DNA from: Podarcis vaucheri
Lineage: Eukaryota
NCBI GenBank assembly: GCA_965113315.1
Contig: OZ220365.1
Strand: one strand, 5' to 3'
Length of the DNA: 64,000 bases
The position numbers were made by a program, and so were the translations under genes. Numbering within the stretch: the first letter of the stretch is position 1; each line of letters opens with the position of its first letter. Positions 11,499 through 23,565 of this stretch are shown here, one piece after another. The notes beneath the pieces were generated by a model. The model was not told the origin of the DNA. It did no database searches and was given only the letters and a program-made list of their open reading frames with translations.

Positions 11499-12386
11499 GT
11501 GAGTCTTCTGAGCTTCTCTGTGGGCTCTCCAAAGCTCATGAAATGTAACAGTCGTATTACATGAGCTCATAAAAAGCTTATTCAGAAGGGACCGCTACAA
11601 TTATCTGCATGGTTGCATCTACAAATTAAAACGAGTAATGTGCATTTGTAGAGCTAATTAAAGTGAAGTAAACATTTGAGCCACCAGTTGGTTTGGGGCA
11701 GTTTGTTTACAAATGCCTTCATTTTGGAATTCCCAGACCAAGCAGGTGAGCTTTACTGGTTCTTTGAAGATAAAAGTGAGCAAGGATCTTATCAAAGAAG
11801 TCTTTTGGTTTTGTGTGGCAGTGGTTACGACTTTGGAGTTCTAGCTTGGATTACCTAATTTTGCTTCTACTGGCTTGAACCCTAGCTAGTCCTCAACAAA
11901 TGGAAGGGCAAACAAACAATGGAAGGACACAACACCCCTTTACACTAAGAATAGGCAATAGAATGAAAGAATGATCTCCCCATCTCTCTCCCCACCTCGC
12001 CTTTACCCCAACTGCAAGATGTCTATGACAAAAATGTCTCTCACCAAACGTAAACGAACTGAAAAACACAAAGAATTAAAAGTGGAGACAATAGATGTAC
12101 CGTTCACTGTTTATCTGTTTGCTTTGTAACACAAAACCCCCAATAAAAAGTAATTTAGAAAAATGGAAGGGCTCATTTCAATTTCGGAAGGAGCTGAGAT
12201 TCAGTGGAGGTTTCCCACAGGGGTACAAAGGCAGGGCCTCTCATGCTGCTCCAAAGGGTCCTATAACCCTTTGCTCATATTATCTTCTATAGTGTTAGTG
12301 TCTCTTGACCCAAGGATGCTTATTATGATTGTTTGAGAACTGCTGCTTGCTATAGGGGGGAAAACATTTCATCTTTGGTTCTGTAG

Positions 12387-12565
12387 AAACTGAAGAAGGA
12401 TCTGGATCGACTCAAGGAGGACTTGGAAACAATCACAGACAAATGCGATGATTTTTTCAGTCAAGCCGCTGGTTCGCCCTCAGTTCCTACTCTGCGGTCG
12501 GAGCTTAACCTAGTAATTCAAAATATGAATCAGGTTTACTCCATGTCTTCCATTTACATAGAAAA
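12387..12565 (+). CDS. DST: Dystonin exon ([41 protein letters not shown]...SIYIE)
   Basis: tag|AAA ... AA|gtaag; phase 0/2; not in the ORF track, translated by hand. Confidence 0.95.
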
Positions 12566-12902
12566 GTAAGTAAGCCATCAAGTCATTCACATTTTATTAC
12601 ACTTTTTCATCATCATCATCATCACATGTGACAGGTTTGATAGGATGATGTAGCATGTGTTTGGAGGGGAAGCTGAGTATATTCACAGTTTTAAATATAT
12701 TTTGTTGAATTGAATAATAGATACAGAATTTCATATGGCCACCTTGAAAGTGTTTATAAAGTTGAAAGGCCAGAAATAAATTTAAACAAACAAACAAATA
12801 GAAGAATGATCTTAGTCGTATAGTCATCATATACTAAAACAAGTTTTAAAACTTTAGAGCTATTTGGAAATTATGAATGACAAGTGATCCCTTTTGTTTC
12901 AG

Positions 12903-13041
12903 GTTAAAAACTATAAATTTGGTGCTGAAAAACACTCAAGGAGCTGAAGCACTGGTAAAACTCTACGAGACTAAACTATGTGAGGAAGAACCATTAACTG
13001 CCGACAAGAGCAATATTGAGAACCTTATGGCTACGTTGAAG
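12903..13041 (+). CDS. DST: Dystonin exon ([46 protein letters not shown])
   Basis: cag|G ... AAG|gtatt; phase 2/0. Confidence 0.95.
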
Positions 13042-13130
13042 GTATTCTTATGATGTACAGAAAAATAATAATGAGAAATAGGTGTGCTTTTAAGTAATAT
13101 AAAGAAGTAAAGGAGATTGATATATACTGT

Positions 13131-13435
13131 CATAAGAACATAAGAACAGCAGCATCCTCTTCTCTCATTGGCCAGCCATATGCCTATGGGAAACTTGCAA
13201 CAGGACTGAGCACAAGAGCACACTCTCTCCTGTGGCTTTCAGAAACTGGTATAGAGAAGCGTTACTGTCTCAGACCTTGGAGACAGAGCATAGCCATCAA
13301 TAGCCCTCTCTTCCATGAATTTGTCTACACTTCCTGTATCCAAGTTGGTGGCCTTCATTGCTTCCTGTGGGAGCAAATTCCATAGTTTAACAAGGTAGTA
13401 CTTTAGAAGAAGTACTTTATTTTATCTGTCTTGAC
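13131..13435 (-). mobile_element. CR1 LINE 3' fragment
   Basis: (CATAAGAA)n tail on the + strand followed by typical squamate CR1 3' sequence (TCCATGAATTTGTC...AAATTCCATAGTTTAAC...GAAGAAGTACTTT). Confidence 0.7.
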
Positions 13436-13661
13436 TCGCCTGCCTTCTGTTTGGCCTTTAGAAGAATGGAAATGAAGTAACATGAGTGGCGTTGAGATGT
13501 GGCCAGTTGACTGGTCAAATATTGTGCATTAGGAATGAATGCTGATTATTACGTCATTTCCCAGTAACACTTAGCTAAGAGCTGAGCTGCATATTACACC
13601 ATCATGTGGAAAGAAGACCAGACGTTTAGAATCCTGAGGTTTTCCTCCCATCCCTATAGGG

Positions 13662-13791
13662 CAGGGATTGGGAACCTGTCCTCCTCCAGATGTTGCTGGA
13701 CTCTAACTCCCATCAGCCTCAGCCAGCATGGCCAATGGTTAGGGATGATGGGTGTTGTAGTCCAACAACATTTGGAGGTTCTCTATGCCTG
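13662..13791. mobile_element. Short hAT-type MITE (CCAGATGTT...ACTCCCATCA family)
   Basis: CAGG...CCTG ends, near-8-bp TSD ctataggg/ttataggc, internally palindromic; relatives near 34160, 45768, 46677, 58453, 62009. Confidence 0.7.
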
Positions 13792-14211
13792 TTATAGGCA
13801 ACAAAAGACGGAGGATCCTGAAGCAGTCACTGGTCCTTTTCCTTCCCGTATGCTTCTTCAGAAAAGAAAAGCACAGCCAAATTATACCAGGAAAGAATGC
13901 AACCTTTTCCCTTCCTTCTTATGCAGCTAATTTTCCTTAGCTGCTGAGAAGAGGAATATCAGGGAAGATTAGCCACATGAGAGATAAACTTAGGTATGCC
14001 TATAATTAGCAAAGTATTCCTCTTCATTATAGTTACAGAAGCAGTAATGGTGCAAATACAAAACCATTTTTTATAGCATTTCACTGAAAATTTGGGTGCT
14101 TTGTTTGTTTCCCACATGGATACCCTATTACTAGTTAGTAATATGATGCATATTGATTTGAAACAGCAGCATTAGGATCTGTATTGAGATGTCACATATT
14201 TTGTGTACCAG

Positions 14212-14405
14212 CAATGGAGATCAGAGGTTGATGTAAAAAGAGAAGTATTCCATGCTCTAGAAGACGAACTCCAGAAAGCTAAAGCAATTAGTGATCAGAT
14301 GTTTAAAACACACAAGGAACGTGATCTCGACTTCGACTGGCACAAAGAGAAAGCAGATCAGCTGACCGAGAGATGGCAGAATGTTCATTCTCAGATTGAG
14401 AACAG
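14212..14405 (+). CDS. DST: Dystonin exon ([24 protein letters not shown]...[10 protein letters not shown])
   Basis: cag|CAA ... AG|gttag; phase 0/2. Confidence 0.95.
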
Positions 14406-16209
14406 GTTAGTACTCCTTTCTTTTCAGAAACTTCAGAGTGAAACCTTTCTTTTGGTGTGTGTGGGGTTACCTTATGTTGGTCTTGGAGTTTTGGCAGAGT
14501 GTCCAAATGTTAATTTTAGGTGTTTTCAGGTAATTTCCTTCAGGAGGTCTCAACCATCATGTACAGCGTAACTGAGGAGAGAAAGAAATAAAGAAGATAA
14601 AACTTCTCTGGTTTGGTCATTTTGACAGGAGGGCTTCTTCCAAGACAGTTCCCATAACATATATATGAAGGAACACTGAGCAGTGAATATGGTTCCTTCA
14701 TGCATACGCAAGGCTATCCCTAGGGAAGTGTGTGGAGCCGGACAAATCTCACTGTTTGGGCTCCTTGTTGCCTTCACCTACCCCCTGCCTGGCCCAGTGG
14801 TGGCCGTGGCTCCATTTCAGTCTCCCTGTGGAGAGTCGCCACTTAATATGTGGGAAACCAGCTACTGGTTCACCAAGCGTGTGGAGGTATTCCTGTTTTA
14901 CACTCAATTCCACCATTGTACAAATCCATTCAACTGCTACCAGTGCATTGATAGTAAACTTACACACTGCATATGAAGCAAACCCTCAGCAAGCACATTT
15001 CTCTGCACCTCCTCCTAAGGCTTACTTTTTGTTGTTTTGCAGCTTCTGTTAGTAGCAACAGTCTCTCCTCTCCTTTCTTTCCCTCTTGCTTAATTTTTAC
15101 TTTCTTTTGCTGCGTCTTTAGTATTGGCACTGGGATTCTTTGCCTCCACCTCCCTGCTTTTCTCTAAGAGTGAAGGAGATGGAAAGATTTGCCCGGTGGG
15201 CAAGAAGCTGCAGGGCCAACTAAACCCAGGGCTGTCACCTCCATGTGGCCCCCTCAATGACCCTGCGCACACGTTGCTGCTGCGATGTGGAAAGAAGCCA
15301 CAGGGAAGCAACTTCCACACTGTGGCTTCTGCAAGATACATACTGCATGTCTGTGATTCCCTTGGTTCAATCCTTGCTATCTTCAGGAAAGCATGCCTGT
15401 CTTAGAAGCACTGGGTTCGCAATAGGCAGCACTGTGTGGGTAGTCTTCTGTCCTGACAGTTTAAGGTACCCTTATTTATGGCAAATGAGAATGCTTCTGC
15501 GTGCTTGTGAGATAAACATGAAACAAATGCTGCCTCTCTCGGACAGCTTAATTGACTGTGCTGGCAGTTCACCATCAACATTTTGTGTCGACTGCCGCTT
15601 GTAACTGTAAACAGACTGTTCCCTACAAATGTTCACCCTCCTTAAAAATAAAACCCTGGCTAGTTATCAGTATAATTTTTCTTCAGCTGTATAAAACTTA
15701 GCCATTTTAACTATTGCCCACATTATTTACTAATTGCTACTCACAGAACAAGAGGGGCCATAGAGAGGTATGGAGGTGTGGGTTCTATTACCTCACAGCC
15801 TCAGCCAGGCCAGGCCAAGCCAGAAGGTTGGTGAAGGAGCGCGTGTGTGTTTTTATTCTTCCTGCTGCACCAGTATCAGGCTGGCCCAGGCTGGGGAAAT
15901 GGATTGAGGTAGGACTGAGCAGGTCCATGGCCCCAGCTCTCAAGGTGCTCTGTTTCAGTGTCTTAACTGGGTACTGCTGTTGGGAGCACTGATGGCAACA
16001 GTATTTCCACTGCCTCACTTTCCACAGTTCAGCTTTCTGCGGGGGTGTCCCAAGTGGTAGACAACAGTAGACAGGGGAATCCCTTCAATCTTAACACCCT
16101 TCAACACCACGGGTCAGTTTTTAGGATTGCAGTTATCGTAATTACCACACAATGTTTCACTTTTCTTCTTCTCTTTCTGCCTCAAACTTGAAAACTGCAG
16201 GAAAAAAGT

Positions 16210-16211
<2 letters not shown>

Positions 16212-16256
<45 letters not shown>
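16212..16256. repeat. (ATT)n microsatellite
   Basis: Direct reading. Confidence 0.95.
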
Positions 16257-16257
<1 letters not shown>

Positions 16258-16984
16258 CTGTGGATTGCAAGGCCCTTTTCTATAAAGACTTTTGTAATAG
16301 ACTAGGTACCTGTTTTTCCCTAACGACCATGGATTTAGTGAGCATATGAAGAATTGGGAATTTATTCTAAAGTGAGTCTTTTCTCCACATTCTAATCCTG
16401 AAGTTTTGCAACTGAGGAATACTGTTTCAGGACATGGAATGTGACTGCTCCGTTTTTCTTTTTGTTTTTTTAAGCTTCTGCTGAATTCTACATACGGTAA
16501 CTTCCCTCTAGTGGTCACCCTGAGTAGCTTTTTATGTCTAAAATACACTGGTACATGTAAGCATCCTTGTCTGAATCTGGAGGTTATTGTGGCAGGGGAT
16601 TCACTTATTTTTCAATGCCTGGCATTTGAAATGAGGAACTTGTAGATAGAGACAGAGAGAGACAAAGCCCTTTGAAATAAGGAACACAGGGAGAGACATC
16701 TGGCTTCCTATAAAGATGAAGGGGTGTTTGATAGAGAGATAGAAGGTTGCCTGGAGCTTTATGAACCCAGGAATGTGTGTTCTTTGGCATGTATTCCTCA
16801 GAACTAATACATTTCTTGATAACTGTGAGCTCCTCAAAAAAGGCATGGAAATTAAAAAGAACCCAGAGAGTTCCTTTTTTATGAAATTGGCAAAGCCTTT
16901 CATTCTGAAGGTTTGCAGGAGAAACCCTGAGAAAAGGACATCTAGCCGAATGATGGCTTCTGACAGCCAGCTGTTTATGAAGTG

Positions 16985-17170
16985 GTGTAGCCTAGAGCTT
17001 GGCTACAAACCAGAAATTTCTAATTTCACCTTTGCCCTGGACTTACTGTGTAGCCTTAGGCAATCTCTGTTCTGTTTCAGACTTAGCACCCACCCCAAAG
17101 ATCTTTATTATGGGGGGGGGGGAGAATAATAATACTGACTTGCCCTTACAAGGTTATTGTAAGGTTGCTG
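16985..17170 (+). mobile_element. Degraded MIR/CORE-like SINE
   Basis: ACTGTGTAGCCTTAGGCAA...GGGAGAATAATAATACTGAC...ACAAGGTTATTGTAAGG resembles the MIR core. Confidence 0.5.
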
Positions 17171-17249
17171 GTGGTGATGATGGTTCTTTATTGTCATTGC
17201 TACTAGTTTGTTCTTCCTCACTGAAACAGCTTGCTTTTCACTCAACCAG

Positions 17250-17412
17250 GTTGCGTGACTTAGAAGCTATCAATAAATCCCTAAAGTACTACAGGGATAC
17301 ATACGGTGCACTGGATAACTGGATCAAGCAAGTCGAAGAAACTCAGCAGAGGTTCCAGGAAAACCCACCTCAAAACAGTAAAGCTCTGGCCAAACAGCTA
17401 AACCAGCAAAAG
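17250..17412 (+). CDS. DST: Dystonin exon ([54 protein letters not shown])
   Basis: cag|G ... AAG|gtaaa; phase 2/0. Confidence 0.95.
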
Positions 17413-17887
17413 GTAAAAGCTTGATTGATTGATTGATTTAATTTGTTTATACGCCACCTTTCTGTAGTGAGCTGATAACAAATATCCACTTATAACATGC
17501 AGGTTTTGTTCTAGGGCTTAGATGTAAAGAATTAATAACTAAGCTAAAGACAGCCAGTTTCAGTTCAGCTAATAAGAAATTTTCCCTTTAAAGCAGTGTA
17601 CTGGATATACCTCTGTATCTTACATTATTAATAATCTAGTGTGTTTCTGCATATGTTGGTTGAGGGGCAACATTCCCCCCCTTCCATTTTTCTTGTAGAG
17701 CCAAAGGTAATTTATAAAGAGGACCACAGGGAAACAGACTTTCATGCTAAGTTTTTATACATAAACACAACTTTCAAGTTTTCAGTCTAGTATGTTTCAA
17801 AAACAAGTAGAACACCAGCCTTTAGGATGGGGAAAGTTGCATAGGTTGATACTGTTACATACTAAAATTCTCTTGTTTATTTTACAG

Positions 17888-17971
17888 GTGCTAGTATCGG
17901 AAATAGAGACGAAACAAAACAAGCTAGATGAATGCCAGAAGCACTCAGAGCAGTATTCAGCTGCAGTAAAG
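17888..17971 (+). CDS. DST: Dystonin exon ([28 protein letters not shown])
   Basis: cag|GTG ... AAG|gtaaa; 84 bp. Confidence 0.95.
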
Positions 17972-18260
17972 GTAAAACTATAACTTCTGTGCACAGTTAT
18001 TATTCTTTTTTAATTTCTTTGTGGAAATGTGAGCATTGTTCAGCATCATGTTCTTCACATGTTGCTGTTCCTGCCACAGCTGCTGCTCCAATCCACATTG
18101 TTAGGCTGCATTGTGTCAGTGGGCGCTGGCAGCAGTAGTGGGCCAGGGTGGCGGCTCTCAGCTGACCTCTAGCATAGGGAATCCAGTGCTCCTTCCAGTG
18201 CGTTTGCAAAATGCTGACCTTGCTGCCACCTCACTTCACCTTGCCCCTATATCTTGTAGT

Positions 18261-18628
18261 AGCGCTGTGGTCTAAACCACTGAGCCTCTTGGGCTTGCCG
18301 ATCAGAAGGTCAGTGGTTTGAATCCCCGCGACAGGGTGAGCTCCCATTGCTCTGTTCCAGCTCCTGCCAACCTAGCAGTTCAAAAGCATGCCAGTGTAAG
18401 TAGATAAATAGGTACCGCTCTGGTGGGAAGGTAAACAGCGTTTCCGTGTGCTCTGGTTTCCGTCGCAGTATTCCATTGCGCAAGAAGCAGTTTAGTCCTG
18501 CTGCCCACATGACCCAGAAAGCTATCTGTGGATGAACACCGGCTCCCTCAGCCTGAAAGTGAGATGAGCACTGCATCCCATAGTCGCCTTTGATTGGACT
18601 TAACCGTCATGGGGTCCTTTACCTTTTT
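18261..18628 (+). mobile_element. Sauria SINE (Squam1-type)
   Basis: GCGCTGTGGTCTAAACCACTGAGCC head, B-box-like GGTTTGAATCCC, same body as the 9.2-kb copy, CCTTTACCTTT tail. Confidence 0.88.
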
Positions 18629-19355
18629 TTATCTTAAACTGCAACAGCACCACGGAACAGTGGTCAGGTGAACAGTGCCACCCCACCATCCATCCTCTCC
18701 TGTGCTGCAGGGTGTAGTCTGTAATCAGACAATCCAACCTACCCACTTGAGTGGCAGCTTTACCTGTCACCAAAGCAACAGAGAAAAGCCAAGAGAAATC
18801 TCCTGTAGTCCTGTTCAGCTGTGTGCAGGCATTCTTCCTATCTCCACCTCTGTTTCCAGAGTGACAGGTTTTGTATGGAAAACCATCAATGAAACCTGCC
18901 AGTTGAGCTGAAGGAAGTTGCTGTTTCCCAGTCCAGTTCTAATGTGAGTTCCATAGCAGCTGCATTGTCTTCTTTTACACTCCAGCTTCACTGCCCTAGT
19001 GTCACAGGATATCCAGGATATCTTCTGGTGACTCAGCTGACAGGAGGTAATCTTTCCCTCCCAATACCTTGCATCCCCTCCCCCTCAAAATCTGTTCTGG
19101 AAGGTGTTCCCCACCTTCCAACTCTCCAGATCTAGAGGGGGATCTAGAACTGTCCAGATCGTATGCTATAGGGGGATTGCCTAAAAGTGCCTCCTTCCCA
19201 GTTCTCCTGACAGATTCCCTTCTGTCAGCAGACCAGTCGCCATTGGATATCACCCATAGTCTTTAGTACTCAGATGAATTTATGCGGCACTTGAAAGACT
19301 CCTAGTATGGAACAAGTAGCTTACAGGTTTACCTATTTCCATTTATTTTCTGCAG

Positions 19356-19463
19356 GACTACGAGTTGCAAACGATGACATACAGAGCCATGGTTGACTCC
19401 CAGCAAAAATCTCCAGTGAAACGCCGAAGAATGCAGAGCTCCTCTGATTTCATTATCCAAGAG
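19356..19463 (+). CDS. DST: Dystonin exon ([36 protein letters not shown])
   Basis: cag|GAC ... GAG|gtagc; 108 bp. Confidence 0.95.
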
Positions 19464-19832
19464 GTAGCTGGACGTGCCTTAATATATAATGCTTTATAAT
19501 GGCCCACATTCCACTTTTGCATTGTGAAAGCTTTTGAGCCACGTTCATGAAATACTTTCAGTATAAATATACAAAGCTAGTAATTGATCATGTTACACCC
19601 TGCTGCTTCATTTTGGGTGCGGCTAGTCTGGCTACAGCTACTTGGACAATATATCCAGCCAGAGAGCCCAATGTGGCAAACATTAGTCACCTGAAGTTGC
19701 CAGTGTTACATAGATTAGTTTACCACATTATTCCAGGGTACAGTTTCACCAGTTTCCATATCATCAACTTCAGTGGAATGTGCAAACGTGCAGTTGTGGA
19801 ATGGACTGTGGCCAGTGCCCGTGATTCTGGAG

Positions 19833-20042
19833 AGAGGTGGTTGCTCAGAGGTAGAGTACATGATTTGCATGAAGAAGGTTCCAGGTTCAACTACTGGCAT
19901 CTCTAGCAAGAGGAATCACAGGTTGCATGACAAGGAACATCTGGTGGATGGTATCTTGGAGAGCTTTTACTCATCAGCATAGATAGTACTGAACTGGCCG
20001 GAACAGTTGGTCTGATTCAGTATAAGGTAGATTAGTGTGTCC
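19833..20042 (+). mobile_element. Degraded tRNA-derived SINE (Squam3-like)
   Basis: GCTCAGAGGTAGAGTACATGATTTGCATGAAGAAGGTTCCAGGTTCAA head and TGGTCTGATTCAGTATAAGG tail. Confidence 0.7.
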
Positions 20043-20845
20043 AAAAGAGTTAATGAGGGTTTGTAAATGGAAAACCCCAAATCACGGCAATTTAGAAGTT
20101 CAGTGTAGGTAGGGAGTTCTTTAGATTTAAAGGATCTAAAGAACTTAGATTAAAATGGATACTGGTGACCATAGGGTAAAAGTACAACAAACTGACCAGC
20201 GTTTGGAACCTATCCCTGGCTGTTAATGAAATGAGGCTGCAAATTGACATTTCTTTGTTCTAGAGTTTGCAAGCTCACCCATCAGCAAGCTAGAGATTAA
20301 GTGCAATCGAGACTGAATATAATCACAGACTCTGTGAATGATAGCCAGAACACAAAGAGTTACAGAATGATATATGAAGGGTTATGTTCCTTTATATGGC
20401 TGTAACCCTCATGACTTTTCGGGACCCTGAAGCATCCTTTTCTACTGAATGATGTCCCTGCTTCATACAGAAAAATGTGTTGGGATTCATTGCATTCAAT
20501 AATTCATAAAATAAATGATTTAAGGCGTGAGGGGTTAGGAGGTTAATCCCATGATGAATTTGGTCCTTCATCTTTCATTCTTAAGAGCACCTCCACACCC
20601 GCTACCCCCAAAGCAGACAGAAGTCAACTCCTCTCAACACTCTGTTTGTTACACTGATTCTTCTAAGAATCTGTTGGACTCAGGGTAATCTTTCTAATGT
20701 GTTTTGTATATTATGATTTAGGAAGACGCAGTGCATTTTTATTTCAGAAATCATCTTGTAACTTTATTTGTTCTATATAAAAGTAAATAAATTTAAGACA
20801 CTCCATTTCAGCATGAATCAGTACTGTTCATCTGTTTCATTGCAG

Positions 20846-20944
20846 TTTATGGACTTACGAACACGCTACACAGCTTTGGTGACCTTGATGACTCAGTATA
20901 TAAAGTTTGCTGGTGACTCTCTCAAAAGGCTGGAGGAGGAAGAG
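20846..20944 (+). CDS. DST: Dystonin exon, end of plakin domain ([33 protein letters not shown]); last exon shared by a/b/e isoforms
   Basis: cag|TTT ... GAG|gtaag; 99 bp; the phase-0 donor can join either 23566 or 30827. Confidence 0.95.
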
Positions 20945-21270
20945 GTAAGTCAGCAGATAACTTTCAAAGGGATGGTAAAACCACTAAGACAGCTATACTT
21001 TTTAAAGTATAAGGATAGATGATGTGAACTCCTTACGTACTCTCTAGATATAAAATGAAGGTTGACATCACGTATCCAGTGAACACCAAGACTGACCTGA
21101 AATTATCCACTCTCATTGTCCTTACTATTTTTACTACTTTAGTTTGCTAAAATTCTATTGCAGGATATTGGTTCTATATGAGAATTTCCCTAAGTTACTG
21201 AGAAACTTGTAAAATACCTTTATATTTATTGGCTTATAAGCTCTCTCACACTGCCGTGCTTTCAACTTAG

Positions 21271-22593
21271 CAGCTGGATTTGATAGTAGTCTAAGTAGTG
21301 ATGACAGGATGGACAGGGTTGGGAAGTATGGCAAAGGGAGGCATCTGCATGCAAGCAAAGATATCTCAATAGTTCCTGTGATGTCTAGTATTGAACAAGG
21401 CCAATTCAGAAAAGAGTTTTCTATTCAGTCTGCAAATAAAAATGGCAGGCAGACAAAGCTGCCAGTGGAGGCAGTGCATGTGGCTGATGAAACGGAGGAG
21501 AAATTTAAATGGTCTATTTCACTGAAGGAGAGAGCAAGAGTACATGGGAAAACTAATTCTGAGCCTGTGATGAGAATAAAGAATAGAAGTCTGAAGGCAG
21601 GGCATTATCCCATGGGAATCAGCCCAATTCAACAACCCACTTGCCTTTCAGAAAGGTTGCACCCTGAGAACCTGAATAAAGACTTTGAAAAATATTCTCA
21701 CAGTGTACTGATAAAGGTGGAAGAGAATATTCAAACAGGTGAATTGTTAGCCATTGTTGCAAAACTGCCCTAAGCAATTTAAAACCAAGGAAGGAATCAG
21801 TAAGACAATGCAGCAACAATTAAGACACGTGTCCTTCTGACAGGTGAATACTACGAATACATTACATAATATGTCTCTAGATAGCAGCAATTTTAGAACA
21901 GCTACCCCACAAGAAAGACTGTACAAATTCCAAAGAAAATAAATGTTGAAGGCCAAGGAAGCACAACTTGTTTCTGTTCTGTTTCAAAGGTTTGCACAGT
22001 AGAAAACACAGTTATACAGCATAGTCTAAAAGTGTATGAACTAAATTGTGGTATGATGCAAAGCAACATCAACCAAAATATGAATTCAGTATTGTTATGT
22101 TATTCAAATAAATAGTGATGTAGTGCTGGCCAGTTCCCAAAGCAAAATAATTTTGAGGAAGGGTAATTTGGACATGAACCAAGAAAGGAAAAATTTGAAG
22201 ATACCCTTTCTTGCAATCTTCAAATGCTGAGAGTTTGACACAGAATGTTGTCTGTGCTTTGACCACTCTATTCACTGGTGTTCACAAAGAAAATGTAGAG
22301 ATGGAAGTGGATATGTTTTTTTAAAAAAGGAAGGGTTTTTTCTAGCTGAGTCAGTGCTGCATAAAGATGTACATGACCATTCAAAGCTACTCGAAGAAGA
22401 CAAAAATCATAAACTGAGAGAGGATGTCAGGAGAACAAAGTATGGAAACACAGGAAACGAACAGCCAGTTTTTGAATCGAGAATGTGCAGAGAAAGCATA
22501 GGCCAAAAGGAAGAAATAAAAAATAAAGAGGTACATAGTTGTATTGAAAATCAGAGGCAATCATAACGAATATAATAGTATTATAGAAATAAA
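21271..22593 (+). pseudogene. Putative decayed (fossil) coding exon within a DST intron
   Basis: Purine-rich, protein-like + strand frames (154-aa ORF 21309-21773, 70-aa ORF 22354-22566) joined by segments with stops and frameshifts; AG acceptor near 21270; AATAAA at 22588; no repeat identity recognised. Confidence 0.35.
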
Positions 22594-23565
22594 TACAACT
22601 TCAAAATCATTCCTAATCATCACTTGAAACTTAAATATGTCTTTGTGTGGTGCGAAAATTGATTTAAAACTGATTCAATGGAGTTGCAATATTTAAACAA
22701 ACTGCTAAGCTGTTGATTTGCATAATCATTCCTTTTATTCATTTATGTAGCAACATCAGCTACAGAAACCTCCCAGCTGACAACTTGTTTTGCTGATCAG
22801 GATTAGTGGGCGGGGAGATAATTAAATTATTACATTTTAATGATCTTTAGCATTGGTGTTTCCAAGTATCTTGTGGTTTGTGTTATATACCAGTAGATGT
22901 TGCATTTATTGGTGTAATGGGACATCTACTGGAAAATAAAATCTCATTTAACAGCAATAGTTAGAAAGAATTAAATTCAATCCAGAAGGAAATAAAGCTG
23001 CCTTTGCATTAGTATGTCTTGGTGAGTTAATGATACTGTAACATTGTGCTAGTCTTTTGTTAAAAGAAAGAGCATTATATTCAGAGTCTAAATAACTATT
23101 GTTGAAGGACATGGCTAATTAAATGTGGTTTCTTGCTACTTGTATCATGTTTTACACTAAAACGCTCTCCTCTTCTTATTCAACTAACCATCAAATGAGG
23201 AAGTGCTTTTTTCTTGCATGGTGTGTTTTGCTGAGAAGTTGCTCTGTAGCTTTTAAGCAAGGACTCATGCAAGTGAGCTTCTGGGCATCACCTTCAACCT
23301 ATGAAACAACTCTTATCCTGAAAGCAAAGGGATTTTTCTTGAGGACTTCAGCTGGTGGATTCCTTCATGCAGCTTTCTCTTTACTCTAACTAATGGTCCC
23401 TTTCTGATGGTGACAGTGGTGGTGGGAATCCCTCAGTCTGTGCTGCTGACATGCTGTAGTTGAAGTTTGTAAGTATTTTCAACTGTGCATTTTAACATTA
23501 CAACATTACCTAACGTTTTAAAAGAATGGATTTCAATGTTTCTTGTTGCCTTATTTTTTTGGCAG

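Noticed and set aside
14500-16100. Cluster of overlapping 60-120 aa ORFs in a GC-richer intron segment
   Set aside because: No recognisable protein motif, no consistent splice phases, and the flanking DST exons join without it. It may be regulatory or old repeat DNA, but I cannot support a call.
23250-23272. Possible 23-nt mini-exon (ctgtag|CTTTTAAGCAAGGACTCATGCAA|gtgag)
   Set aside because: Weak pyrimidine tract and frame-shifting length; no support beyond the dinucleotides.
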